The notes below the pieces were generated by a model. That model saw only the letters and a program-made list of their open reading frames with translations, did no database searches and had not been told where the DNA came from. From Vicinamibacterales bacterium (GTDB taxonomy: Bacteria; Acidobacteriota; Vicinamibacteria; Vicinamibacterales; UBA2999): a stretch of DNA of 64,000 nucleotides. The stretch is from contig DASRJR010000174.1 of the NCBI GenBank assembly GCA_035649395.1, positions 94,878-158,877 of the forward strand. Reading direction: 5' to 3'. Both the position numbers and the translations under genes were made by a program. Of this stretch, positions 1 to 8,106 are shown one piece after another (position 1 is the stretch's first letter; the number at the start of each line of letters is the position of its first letter).

Positions 1-248
1 TAAGCCGGCGGCTCGCTGAAAGGAGCGATTTTTTGACGGAGTTCGCGAACAGTGACGAGGGCCGCAAGCGTGCTGGCCACGAGTTGGGCCGCGCGACTCC
101 GCGTGGAATCGTCCGCGGCCTTCGACTCGAGGAGCTCCGCCTGGGCCAGCACGACCCCGAGCTGGTTGTTCAGGCGATGATAGAGCGCCTGCAGCTCGCG
201 GTCTCGCTGGGACTGGTCGGCGTCAGGGCCGACGACGGGAGACGACAC
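1..248 (-). CDS. partial CDS (start in window, runs off left edge): small helical protein with a histidine-kinase DHp/HisKA-like helix
   Basis: Not in the ORF track because there is no stop in the window. My translation from GTG at 248 is VSSPVVGPDADQSQRDRELQALYHRLNNQLGVVLAQAELLESKAADDSTRSRAAQLVASTLAALVTVRELRQKI. The His-containing helix resembles a HisKA phospho-acceptor helix. It starts 2 nt after the stop of the upstream HTH gene. The + ORF 33..404 looks like its antisense shadow. Confidence 0.35.
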   Translation of the reverse strand, partial: MSSPVVGPDADQSQRDRELQALYHRLNNQLGVVLAQAELLESKAADDSTRSRAAQLVASTLAALVTVRELRQKIAPFSEPPA

Positions 249-250
249 GC

Positions 251-469
251 TCAGGCGTGGGTCTCTGGGGCGGTCCCTGACTCGCGCTGGTTCTCAGAGC
301 GAGCCGGCGACGCGCCGTCGCGCCAGAGGGTGTCGGCGAAGATACGAATGGACCCACCGGCGGTCCGAACGTATTCGACCTTCCCGGCGGAAATCCAGTT
401 GTAGATTGTGCGTCGGCTGACTCCGACAGCCTCGCACGCCTTCATGATTGACAGGGTCTGGCGGTCCAT
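251..469 (-). CDS. excisionase-family / MerR-like helix-turn-helix DNA-binding protein
   Basis: 72 aa. The motif ACEAVGVSRRTIYNWISAGKVEYVRTAGGSIRI is typical of the excisionase-family HTH. Confidence 0.6.
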   Translation of the reverse strand: MDRQTLSIMKACEAVGVSRRTIYNWISAGKVEYVRTAGGSIRIFADTLWRDGASPARSENQRESGTAPETHA

Positions 470-615
470 AAGCGCTCAAGTGAGGCCGTGTGTGACGGCC
501 CGAGTAATGTGTCCACGGGTCCCCAACACGGAGACCCTCTCAGTGACCTTCAAAGCCTGTATCGGCTGGAGCCTACTGATCCTTAGGCGCCCTTGTGTCA
601 ATATGTTGGCGCCCC

Positions 616-1989
616 ATGTCCGCCGCGGCTCCACACCTGCTTTTCGTCGATGACGAGGCGACCCTGCGGGGGCTGATGGCGGAACGGCTCGCCGAACGGG
701 GGTTCGAGGTCGTGGAGGCAGAGAGCGGCGAACGCGCCTTGGCTTTTCTGGACCAATTCGCGTTCGACATCATCATCACGGACCTGCGGCTCCCCGGCAT
801 CGACGGGGCCCGCGTCATTCAGGCGGCCCGAGAGCGCTACCCGGGCATTGTCGCAATCGTGATTACCGGTTATGGCACCGTCAAAGACGCGGTTGACGCG
901 ATCAAGCGTGGCGCGTCGGATTTCATCGCCAAGCCCTTTCAGTTCGACGAGCTGATTCACGTGCTGCAGAAGGCGATGGAGCAGCGCCGGCTCACCTCGG
1001 AAAACGCCTATCTCCGCTCACAGCTCGAACAGCGCTATCAGTTCGAGGGCATCCTCGGGCACAGCCGCCCGATGCAAAAACTGTTTCACGTGCTCGAGAC
1101 GGTCGTGCGCTCGAGCAGCACCATCCTGATCACGGGTGAGACTGGAACGGGCAAAGAAGTGGTCGCGCGCGCCATTCATCACAACAGTGCGCGGCGAGCG
1201 TATCGGTTCGTCGCACTGAACTGCAGCGCGATTCCCGAGACATTGCTCGAGGCCGAGCTGTTTGGCCACGTTCGTGGGGCGTTCACGGGTGCGGTTGGTG
1301 CACGACAAGGCCGCTTCGAGCAAGCGCACAAAGGCACGCTGTTCCTCGACGAAGTTGGCACGATGAGCAATGCGCTGCAGATGAAGCTGCTGAGAGCGCT
1401 GCAGGAGCGCGAGTTCGAGCGTGTCGGCGACAGCCAGACGATCAAAGTCGACGTGCGAGTCATTGCCGCGACGAATTCCGACCTGGCGAAGATGGTGGCG
1501 GAGGGAACGTTCCGTGAGGACCTCTACTACCGCCTCCACGTGATCCCGATTCATCTGCCGCCGCTGCGCGATCGGCGCGAAGACATTCCGGTGCTCGTCA
1601 AACACTTTCTCGAAAAGTTCGCGCCGGGATCGCAGATGCAACTATCCCAGGTGGCGATGCGGGCCTTGATGGCGTACCACTGGCCGGGAAACGTCCGTCA
1701 GCTCGAGAACGCGATGGAGCGCGCGGTCGCGCTCAGCGGCGGACGCAGGGAGATCGACAGCGGAGACTTGCCGGCCGAACTGCAGGTGACGCCGCCCGCA
1801 ACCGCCACACCAAGCGTCGAGTTTCCAGAAGACGGGCTCGACTTGCCCGCGTATCTCGCCGCGATCGAACGCGACCTCATTCGACGTTCCCTGGATCGCA
1901 CCGGCGGGAATCGAAACCGCGCCGCCGAGTTACTGCGCATCAAACGCACGACGCTCGTCGAGAAGTTGAAGCGACTCGGAACGGTGTGA
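616..1989 (+). CDS. sigma-54-dependent response regulator, NtrC family (receiver + AAA+ + Fis-type HTH)
   Basis: Receiver motif LLFVDDE...ITDLRLPGIDG, Walker A GETGTGKE, GAFTGA loop, and C-terminal GGNRNRAAELLRIKRTTLVEKLKRLG. The ORF opens at GTG 595. ATG 616 gives a typical short lead-in to the receiver, so the start is uncertain. Confidence 0.9.
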   Translation: MSAAAPHLLFVDDEATLRGLMAERLAERGFEVVEAESGERALAFLDQFAFDIIITDLRLPGIDGARVIQAARERYPGIVAIVITGYGTVKDAVDAIKRGASDFIAKPFQFDELIHVLQKAMEQRRLTSENAYLRSQLEQRYQFEGILGHSRPMQKLFHVLETVVRSSSTILITGETGTGKEVVARAIHHNSARRAYRFVALNCSAIPETLLEAELFGHVRGAFTGAVGARQGRFEQAHKGTLFLDEVGTMSNALQMKLLRALQEREFERVGDSQTIKVDVRVIAATNSDLAKMVAEGTFREDLYYRLHVIPIHLPPLRDRREDIPVLVKHFLEKFAPGSQMQLSQVAMRALMAYHWPGNVRQLENAMERAVALSGGRREIDSGDLPAELQVTPPATATPSVEFPEDGLDLPAYLAAIERDLIRRSLDRTGGNRNRAAELLRIKRTTLVEKLKRLGTV

Positions 1990-1992
1990 TCG

Positions 1993-2442
1993 ATGCCTCC
2001 GCGATTTGCCTACTGGACGATTCTCGCCGGCGGTTTACCAACCGCCTTTCGTGCGGCCGATCGCGAGGATCTCCTGCCTACCTTCCGACGCATCCAGGAG
2101 AAGCACCCTGATGCTGAGATGAAGTGGTTCGCGCGCGGCAAACTCTGGGCCTCTCCCGAAGACGCCCGCGCCGAACGCGACCGCCCACTCGAGCGCCGCC
2201 ATCGCAGCTGGCGCCCTGGCGGCGATCACCGGGATCGACGCGAATCGTTCAAGACCGCGGCGCGCGAACGCAATCAGGCACGTCGTCAGAAACGGTTCGC
2301 GCGCAAACAGCGGGCGCAGGGCGAGCACCAGACTGACAACCGCTCCGACCGCACGAAGCCGCAGATCGAGACGCGATCCGATCGACCGCGAACACCGCGC
2401 AAGACCGCACCCGGGCAAAATCCACGGAAACGACACCGGTGA
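1993..2442 (+). CDS. hypothetical protein with a highly basic Arg/Lys-rich C-terminal tail
   Basis: 149-aa ORF directly after the NtrC-like gene. It overlaps the next gene in a GTGA junction. No family recognised. Confidence 0.45.
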   Translation: MPPRFAYWTILAGGLPTAFRAADREDLLPTFRRIQEKHPDAEMKWFARGKLWASPEDARAERDRPLERRHRSWRPGGDHRDRRESFKTAARERNQARRQKRFARKQRAQGEHQTDNRSDRTKPQIETRSDRPRTPRKTAPGQNPRKRHR

Positions 2443-2798
2443 TCGTTCACGTTATCTTGTTCACGCCGAAGCCGGGTCTCGACACTGGCGAACGGCAACG
2501 GCTGGCGGATGCGTTTACCGCGGCGGTAACGGAGATCCCTTCGGTCCGTCGTGCGAGAGTGGGTCGACGCGTGACGCACGGCCGGCCGTACGAACAGCTG
2601 ATGCGAATCGACTATTCACATGCGGCGGTCATCGAGTTCGACGACATCGCCGGGCTGCAGGCGTACCTGAACGATCCGGTGCACGACGTCCTCGCGTCGC
2701 GATTCTTCGCGGCGTTCGAACACGCGCTGATGTACGACTTCGATCTGGACGACGCGGAGAGAGGTGTCCGCACGCTCCTCGAAGAGGAGCGTGCGTGA
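2439..2798 (+). CDS. Dabb (stress-responsive alpha/beta barrel) family protein
   Basis: MIVHVILFTPKPG...HAAVIEFDDIAGLQAYLNDPVHDVL matches the Dabb-domain pattern. The start overlaps the upstream stop in a GTGA junction. Confidence 0.7.
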   Translation: MIVHVILFTPKPGLDTGERQRLADAFTAAVTEIPSVRRARVGRRVTHGRPYEQLMRIDYSHAAVIEFDDIAGLQAYLNDPVHDVLASRFFAAFEHALMYDFDLDDAERGVRTLLEEERA

Positions 2799-2820
2799 TG
2801 CGAGATGTGATCGGACTAGT

Positions 2821-4017
2821 TCAGCACGCCGGCGTGTACGCGGACGAGGGCCGATCCTGACGACGCATCGAGGCGCGGGCGGTGCGGTACGGACCGACCG
2901 GCAGATTGCAGTTCTGCTGATAGAGAAACGCGTGGAATCGCTTGTAGTCGGTCGGCGGCAAACCGAACACGCCAAGCAGGGCACGATAGCTCCCGCGCGT
3001 GTGCTCGAGTCCACGATGAATCAACGCCGCGAGATCATCGCGCGTCAGCTCGTGAGCCTTGAACGGCTGGTGAACGACCGTCCAGAAGCTCTCACCAGCG
3101 ATCAGGCGCTCCCACAGTCGATCGGCCGTGCCCGAACCCCGATCGATGCGACGCGGCGCGGTCGCGTTCTGGTCCGGTACGAACGACACGTTCGGTACCG
3201 ACACCGTCGGCGCAGTTTCGCGGCCTCCGCGAATCTCAATCGGCAGATCATCAGCTGTGATCGCGCGATCCCATTCGCGGACGACGAGGCGCTCCGCCAG
3301 GTTCTTCAGTTCGCGCACGTTGCCCGGCCAGCCGTAGGCCACCAGCAGCTGTTCAGCGTCCGCCGTCAGCTCGGGGCAATGCAGCCGATGCGTATCGGCG
3401 GCCCGCCGCAGGTAGTGTTGGAGCAGCAGCAGTACGTCCTCGGCTCGCTCGCGGAGTGGCGGCACGTGAATCTGGATGATGTTCAAACGGAAGTAGAGAT
3501 CCTCGCGGAAGACACCCGCGTCGATCCGCTCGCGTAGATTGCGATTCGTCGCCGTGATCAGACGCACGTCCGAACGGCCGGTCACTCCGTCGACGCCGAT
3601 TGTCTGGATCTCTCCGGTCTCGGCGAAGCGAAGCAACACCGCCTGCATGCGCAAACTCATCTCGCCGAGTTCGTCCAGGAACAAGGTGCCGCGATCGGCC
3701 TGTCGAACGAGGCCCGGCTTGTCACGGTACGCTCCGGTGAAACTTCCGCGCGCGTGTCCGAACAGTTCTGACTCGAGCAGCGTCTCCGGAATCCCACTGC
3801 AGTTCACCGCGACGAACGCACGCGCGACACGTGAACTGTGTTCGTGGATGAGGCGCGCGACGACTTCCTTGCCCGCACCGGTTTCCCCCAGCACGAGCAC
3901 TTTGGCGTCGGTTCTGGCAGCCGCTTCGATCTCGCGACGCAACGCAACGATCGCAGGGCTCTCGCCGAGCAGGACGGGAAGGTTCTTATTTATCCGTGGG
4001 ACAGAAAAGCTCGACAT
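2821..4017 (-). CDS. sigma-54-interacting activator (bEBP-1), PspF-like: AAA+ plus HTH, no N-terminal sensory domain
   Basis: Walker A GETGAGKE, GSFTGAYRDK sigma-54 contact loop, GWPGNVREL. The C-terminal RGSYRALLGVFGLPPTDYKRFHAFL is a Fis-HTH-like variant. I prefer ATG 4017 (MSSFSVP) because it has GGAGAAG upstream. The ORF opens at 4116. Confidence 0.85.
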   Translation of the reverse strand: MSSFSVPRINKNLPVLLGESPAIVALRREIEAAARTDAKVLVLGETGAGKEVVARLIHEHSSRVARAFVAVNCSGIPETLLESELFGHARGSFTGAYRDKPGLVRQADRGTLFLDELGEMSLRMQAVLLRFAETGEIQTIGVDGVTGRSDVRLITATNRNLRERIDAGVFREDLYFRLNIIQIHVPPLRERAEDVLLLLQHYLRRAADTHRLHCPELTADAEQLLVAYGWPGNVRELKNLAERLVVREWDRAITADDLPIEIRGGRETAPTVSVPNVSFVPDQNATAPRRIDRGSGTADRLWERLIAGESFWTVVHQPFKAHELTRDDLAALIHRGLEHTRGSYRALLGVFGLPPTDYKRFHAFLYQQNCNLPVGPYRTARASMRRQDRPSSAYTPAC

Positions 4018-4323
4018 CGCGACGTCTTCTCCAATTCTCAGATAATGAGGTCGGGAATAAGTCTGCCTTTTTGGAGAGACTAAGGTCAACGGTAAAGTCG
4101 CAAAAAGTGCCATCAAAGATCACGTTTTTGCGCAGAATTCTCGTAAACCAGGAACTAAAGCCGGCACATTAGATGTGGGCTTGAGCCCTATAGATCTATT
4201 TTTCAGTCACTTACAGTTTGTGATTGGCGAAACGCCGTCTGTCTAACTCCGAAGTACGAAATTTGTTATCGGGAGCGCACGCAGAGGACACGTCCGCGTC
4301 GACTGTCACAGGGCGGGCAAAGA

Positions 4324-4343
4324 TTTCTCGAATTGGCGAGAAA
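4324..4343 (-). terminator. candidate hairpin just after the GGDEF gene stop
   Basis: The minus strand reads TTTCTCG-CCAATT-CGAGAAA followed by TCTTTGCC. This is a 7-bp stem with only a modest U tract. Confidence 0.3.
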
Positions 4344-4351
4344 ACTGAGCG

Positions 4352-5773
4352 CTAGGCCGGCCTGACGGTGCCGTCCGGCCCGGTTGTGCTGACGCGATTC
4401 TTGCCGGCGCGCTTGGCGTGATACAGCGCGCGATCGGCGCGTTCGATCAGATCTCGCGCGGTCACACCGGGCGGCGACACCGCGACTCCAATGCTTGCCG
4501 TCACGTGGAGCGACGCGAGATCGGGCTCACTCCGCTGGTAGGCCTCGACGCGCTGCCGGATGCGTTCGGCGATCGTCCCCGCGCTCTCCGCGTTGCCACC
4601 AGGCATCATCACCGCGAACTCCTCGCCGCCGAAACGCGTGCACACATCGAAGATGCGCACAGAGCGTCGGAGGATTTCAGAGATGTCGCGGATCACCATG
4701 TCGCCAGCGATGTGTCCGAAGCGATCGTTGATGCTCTTGAATCCATCGAGGTCGACCATGAGCAACGCGACTGATGTTGCTTGTCGAATCGCGCGATGAA
4801 GTTCTTCCTCGAGGCGCGCTTGAAAGTATCGTCGGTTGAAGAGACCGCTCACGGGATCGATCACGGCCGCCTGCGCGTACGCTTGCGCCTCGCGCCACAC
4901 GCGCTCGCGACCGAGCGCAATGGCAACAGGCGCGAGCAACGTCCGCACCGCTGCGACGTCATCGTGCGTGTAGGGCCCCTCGGCAATGCGATCGGTCAGC
5001 GAGAGCACACCGAGCGCATCGGTGCCCGCGACGATCGGGACAACGGCAAACGAGTTCGTGCGATAACGCGAGCGTCGTCGCTCACGTCCGGCGGTTGCCG
5101 ACACATCGGCGACCAGAAGTGGAAGCCGCGATTGAAATACAGTGCCGATGACACCAGCGCCCGGCGCGATTCGCAGATGTTCGACGAGCGCGCGTGGGTA
5201 TCCGTACGTCGACACGATCGACAGTTCACCCTCGGGCGTGGCGACGGCGAGCGACGCCATCCGACTCGGCACCGCCTGCACCACGTGCTGGAGCACGACG
5301 TCGGCAACAGATGCGAGTCCGGTCGTATCTGCGAGCGCGCGTGTCAGTCGATGCGTCAACACGTCGACCGAAAGCGTCGCGACCGGTTCCGGCTCGTGTC
5401 CCGCCAGCAGGCTGTGCCCGAGCTCGCGCAACACGGGGGCTGATTGAGTCCAGTTGCCTTCGATCACGAGAAACACCGGCGAGCGCGGCGCCGTGGCAAG
5501 GCTCACGAGTGTCCACTCGACATCCCCCGTGGTCCAGACACCGATCCCGAGATCCGGTTCGGCACTGAGGCGATCGAACGTGTGCGACTCACCATTCATC
5601 GGGACCGCGAGGATCGGATCGGGCCGCGATTCGGCTGCAAGCACCCACACGCCGCCATGCTTGCCCGCCACCGCGGCCTTCGCGTCGATGATGCGATCGA
5701 TCAGGTTGACCAGCTGCTGGAGAAAGGCGCGTGGGCCGGCGTTCTCGGGTACGCGCTGATACACCCGTAGCAA
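4352..5773 (-). CDS. diguanylate cyclase, GAF-GGDEF, with intact active site and I-site
   Basis: A GAF-like segment is followed by DPVSGLFNRRYF...LLMVDLDGFKSINDRFGHIAGD...RIFDVCTRFGGEEFAVMM. RIFD lies 5 residues before GGEEF, which is the RxxD I-site position. Confidence 0.9.
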   Translation of the reverse strand: MLRVYQRVPENAGPRAFLQQLVNLIDRIIDAKAAVAGKHGGVWVLAAESRPDPILAVPMNGESHTFDRLSAEPDLGIGVWTTGDVEWTLVSLATAPRSPVFLVIEGNWTQSAPVLRELGHSLLAGHEPEPVATLSVDVLTHRLTRALADTTGLASVADVVLQHVVQAVPSRMASLAVATPEGELSIVSTYGYPRALVEHLRIAPGAGVIGTVFQSRLPLLVADVSATAGRERRRSRYRTNSFAVVPIVAGTDALGVLSLTDRIAEGPYTHDDVAAVRTLLAPVAIALGRERVWREAQAYAQAAVIDPVSGLFNRRYFQARLEEELHRAIRQATSVALLMVDLDGFKSINDRFGHIAGDMVIRDISEILRRSVRIFDVCTRFGGEEFAVMMPGGNAESAGTIAERIRQRVEAYQRSEPDLASLHVTASIGVAVSPPGVTARDLIERADRALYHAKRAGKNRVSTTGPDGTVRPA

Positions 5774-5965
5774 CGCGAGCCGTTGCTCAGGAGAGAGGGC
5801 GCGAGGACCAGCCGCCGGCAGCCGTGGGTGTGGGTTCGCCAGTTGAAATCCCTTGTCGAGGAGACATTCCCCCGCGTTTGGGAATCCTGCTTCACCGCTC
5901 TGAACCGCGCGATCACCTTTTCAGGCGCAGTCCAGTAGGGTTATTGATCACTGCCAGCTGAGCTG

Positions 5966-5980
5966 GCAACAAGCGTGCCT
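5966..5980 (-). promoter_or_regulatory. sigma-54 promoter-like motif P1 (upstream of the GGDEF gene)
   Basis: The minus strand reads aGGCACG-CTTG-TTGC against the consensus TGGCACG-N4-TTGC, with correct spacing. It lies about 190 nt upstream of start 5773. Confidence 0.5.
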
Positions 5981-6098
5981 TACACAAAACTGCAAAGGCC
6001 TGTAACTGTTGAGTGACGTCTGGGATATGGCGGTCGCCCCCGGCCGAGGCGACTCGCCATGTCGGATGTGGGACCAGTGACCTGCGCTTGGCCTGAGC

Positions 6099-7214
6099 TT
6101 AGCGGTATTCCTTGAACGGGATCTGGCAGTCGTGCTTCCGCAGGAAGTTCAAAAAGCGCTTGTAGTCGCGGGCCTCCATGTTGAACAACCGCGCCACGAT
6201 CTTATAGTTCCCGCGAGCCTCTTCGAGTCCGCGTCGCACCACCTCGCGCACGTTTGCGCGCGTGATTTCGCGATCCATGAACAGCGGATACACCGCGGTC
6301 CAGAACGACTCGTGCTGCTCGATCATTCGTTTGTAGAGATCGTCGGCAACCGTCCGTCGTCGCTCGCGCTTCGGACGAAGCAGCACTGCGTCGTAAGAGC
6401 GGATCTCGGAAGACAGATGCTCGACTTCGATCGTGGGTCCCGAGACGGTGACGACGAGTCGTTCGATGACGTTCTCGAGCTCGCGCACGTTGCCCGGCCA
6501 CGAGTATTCCGAGAGGGCCTTCATCGCTTCGGGCGAAATGGCGGTGATGTGACCGCGGTTCCCCGAGAACTGCGCCAGGAATTCGTTCGCGAGTACCGGG
6601 ATGTCTTCGCGGCGGTCGCGCAACGGTGGCACGACGATGTGAATCACGTTCAGCCGATAGAACAAGTCCTCACGGAAGGTGCCCTGCTTGATCATTTCGC
6701 GGAGATCGCGGTTCGTGGCTGCGATCACGCGAACGTTGACGATGCGGCCACTCCCATCGGCACCGACCTTCTGGATCTCGCCAGTCTCGAGAAAACGAAG
6801 CAGTAGCCCTTGCATTCGCAGCGTCATCTCGCCGACTTCGTCGAGGAAGATCGTGCCCATGTGGGCAGTCTCGAGCTTGCCGGGCTTGTCGCGATACGCT
6901 CCCGTGAAACTCCCCTTGACGTGGCCGAACAACTCAGATTCGAGCAACGTTTCCGGCAGGCCGGCGCAATTGACCGGCGCGAAGACGTGCCCGGCCCGAG
7001 GGCCGCGCGAGTGAATGGCGCGGGCGACGATTTCCTTGCCGACGCCGCTCTCCCCGGTGATCAACACCTTGGCGTCGGAACGCGCGACGCGATCGATCTC
7101 CTGCTCGAGCGCGGCGACCTCGGCACTGCGGCCGGTCAACTGAACATGAGACCGCGGGCGTAGCGCGCCGACCGGGCTTACGCGATGAGAGGTCTCAGCA
7201 ACACCATCAATCAT
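6099..7214 (-). CDS. sigma-54-interacting activator (bEBP-2), PspF-like, no sensory domain
   Basis: GESGVGKE, GSFTGAYRDKPGK, SWPGNVREL, and C-terminal SFWTAVYPLFMDREITR...RGNYKIVARLFNMEARDYKRFLNFLRKH. ATG 7214 overlaps the stop of the upstream PilZ gene. Confidence 0.9.
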   Translation of the reverse strand: MIDGVAETSHRVSPVGALRPRSHVQLTGRSAEVAALEQEIDRVARSDAKVLITGESGVGKEIVARAIHSRGPRAGHVFAPVNCAGLPETLLESELFGHVKGSFTGAYRDKPGKLETAHMGTIFLDEVGEMTLRMQGLLLRFLETGEIQKVGADGSGRIVNVRVIAATNRDLREMIKQGTFREDLFYRLNVIHIVVPPLRDRREDIPVLANEFLAQFSGNRGHITAISPEAMKALSEYSWPGNVRELENVIERLVVTVSGPTIEVEHLSSEIRSYDAVLLRPKRERRRTVADDLYKRMIEQHESFWTAVYPLFMDREITRANVREVVRRGLEEARGNYKIVARLFNMEARDYKRFLNFLRKHDCQIPFKEYR

Positions 7215-7518
7215 TGTTTATGAACCGTTCAATAAGACGCCGATGCTCCGGCGACATCCCCACGAACGTAGCGCCGATGCGATAACCCGAACCGGCTTCG
7301 GACGGCGTCGACACGCGCTGCACCTGAATGTCCGCCGAGAACGGCGCCCCGGCCAGAGTGAACCGGAGGCTTCCTCGCGCACCCGGATTGAGCAGATGCG
7401 CCGACTGCAGCAACACCCCTGCGGAGCTGATGTCGATCACGCGCACACTCATGTTGGCGGGAAGGTTCACGAACTCGCCGCCGACTTCATGCCGTGGGGA
7501 TCGTCGACGCTCTTCCAT
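7207..7518 (-). CDS. PilZ-domain protein (PilZ-A), canonical c-di-GMP-binding motifs
   Basis: RRSPR matches RxxxR and DISSAG matches DxSxxG. I prefer ATG 7518 because it has GGAGGA 9 nt upstream. The ORF opens at GTG 7575, so the alternative start cannot be excluded. Confidence 0.8.
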   Translation of the reverse strand: MEERRRSPRHEVGGEFVNLPANMSVRVIDISSAGVLLQSAHLLNPGARGSLRFTLAGAPFSADIQVQRVSTPSEAGSGYRIGATFVGMSPEHRRLIERFINND

Positions 7519-7601
7519 CCCTCGAGGTCCTCCGAAAGTGCTCGGAAAGGTACGGAGCCCGGCGCTCTCGCACACGATTTGAGCCTTATGGCGTGACGGG
7601 C

Positions 7602-7617
7602 TGCAAGCAAGTCGCCA
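7602..7617 (-). promoter_or_regulatory. sigma-54 promoter-like motif P2 (upstream of the PilZ-A / bEBP-2 pair)
   Basis: The minus strand reads TGGCGAC-TTGC-TTGCA. The GG and TTGCA elements are at consensus spacing. Confidence 0.5.
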
Positions 7618-7782
7618 TTGTTGGGCAGACCTTTTTCTTCCACGGCAACTTATTACAACGTAATGGCTTATGCCTGAAGGTGGTCCTCAAAGCACAACCG
7701 ATCCGATCCTAGAAAGTCTGGCCGAATCTGGGCTAAGTCACCTGACAGGGAAGACTTTCCGCGCCGTGACGAGACCGGAGTC

Positions 7783-8106
7783 CTACGAGGACGGCCAGTC
7801 GGTGGCGGCAGCGAGCGCCGGAGGTATGGACAAGAACTCGACGCCGACGAGGTACCGGATAGGTTCATCGGGTCCGGAAACTCGCCTGACATGACGCACC
7901 CGGGCGTCCACGGTGATGTCGTGACCGTGTAGCTTCAGGTGGAGAGGCTGGATGGAATCGGGGGGCATGGCCACCGGCGACGTAATCAGTGCTCCATCCC
8001 GGCTGATGTTGACGACTCGCGCGGGCTCGGACAATTCGAGCGTGGCCCAGAGGGCGCCAACGACTTCGAGACGAACGCGCGCACGACGGTCTCCCAACGC
8101 CATCAC
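7783..8106 (-). CDS. PilZ-domain protein (PilZ-B), canonical motifs
   Basis: RARVR matches RxxxR and NISRDG matches NxSxxG. The start (GTG 8106 or ATG 8103) overlaps TGA 8105..8103 of the upstream gene. Confidence 0.8.
   Translation of the reverse strand: MMALGDRRARVRLEVVGALWATLELSEPARVVNISRDGALITSPVAMPPDSIQPLHLKLHGHDITVDARVRHVRRVSGPDEPIRYLVGVEFLSIPPALAAATDWPSS

Noticed and set aside
251-469. The excisionase-family HTH gene could mark a prophage or integrative element.
   Set aside because: There is no integrase, att-like repeat, phage gene or tRNA junction nearby. This HTH family is also common in ordinary regulators.
4100-4112. TGGCAC-TTTTT-GC on the minus strand, upstream of bEBP-1, looks like a sigma-54 -24/-12 element.
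   Set aside because: GG and GC are separated by 8 nt instead of the invariant 10. It fails the spacing that all six accepted motifs satisfy.
7711-7728. GAAAGTCTGGCCGAATC at 7712 resembles GAAAGTCTGGCGAATC at 30785, upstream of parA, as a possible dispersed repeat.
   Set aside because: One near-identical ~16-mer pair is about what chance predicts in 64 kb on two strands, and no further copies were seen.
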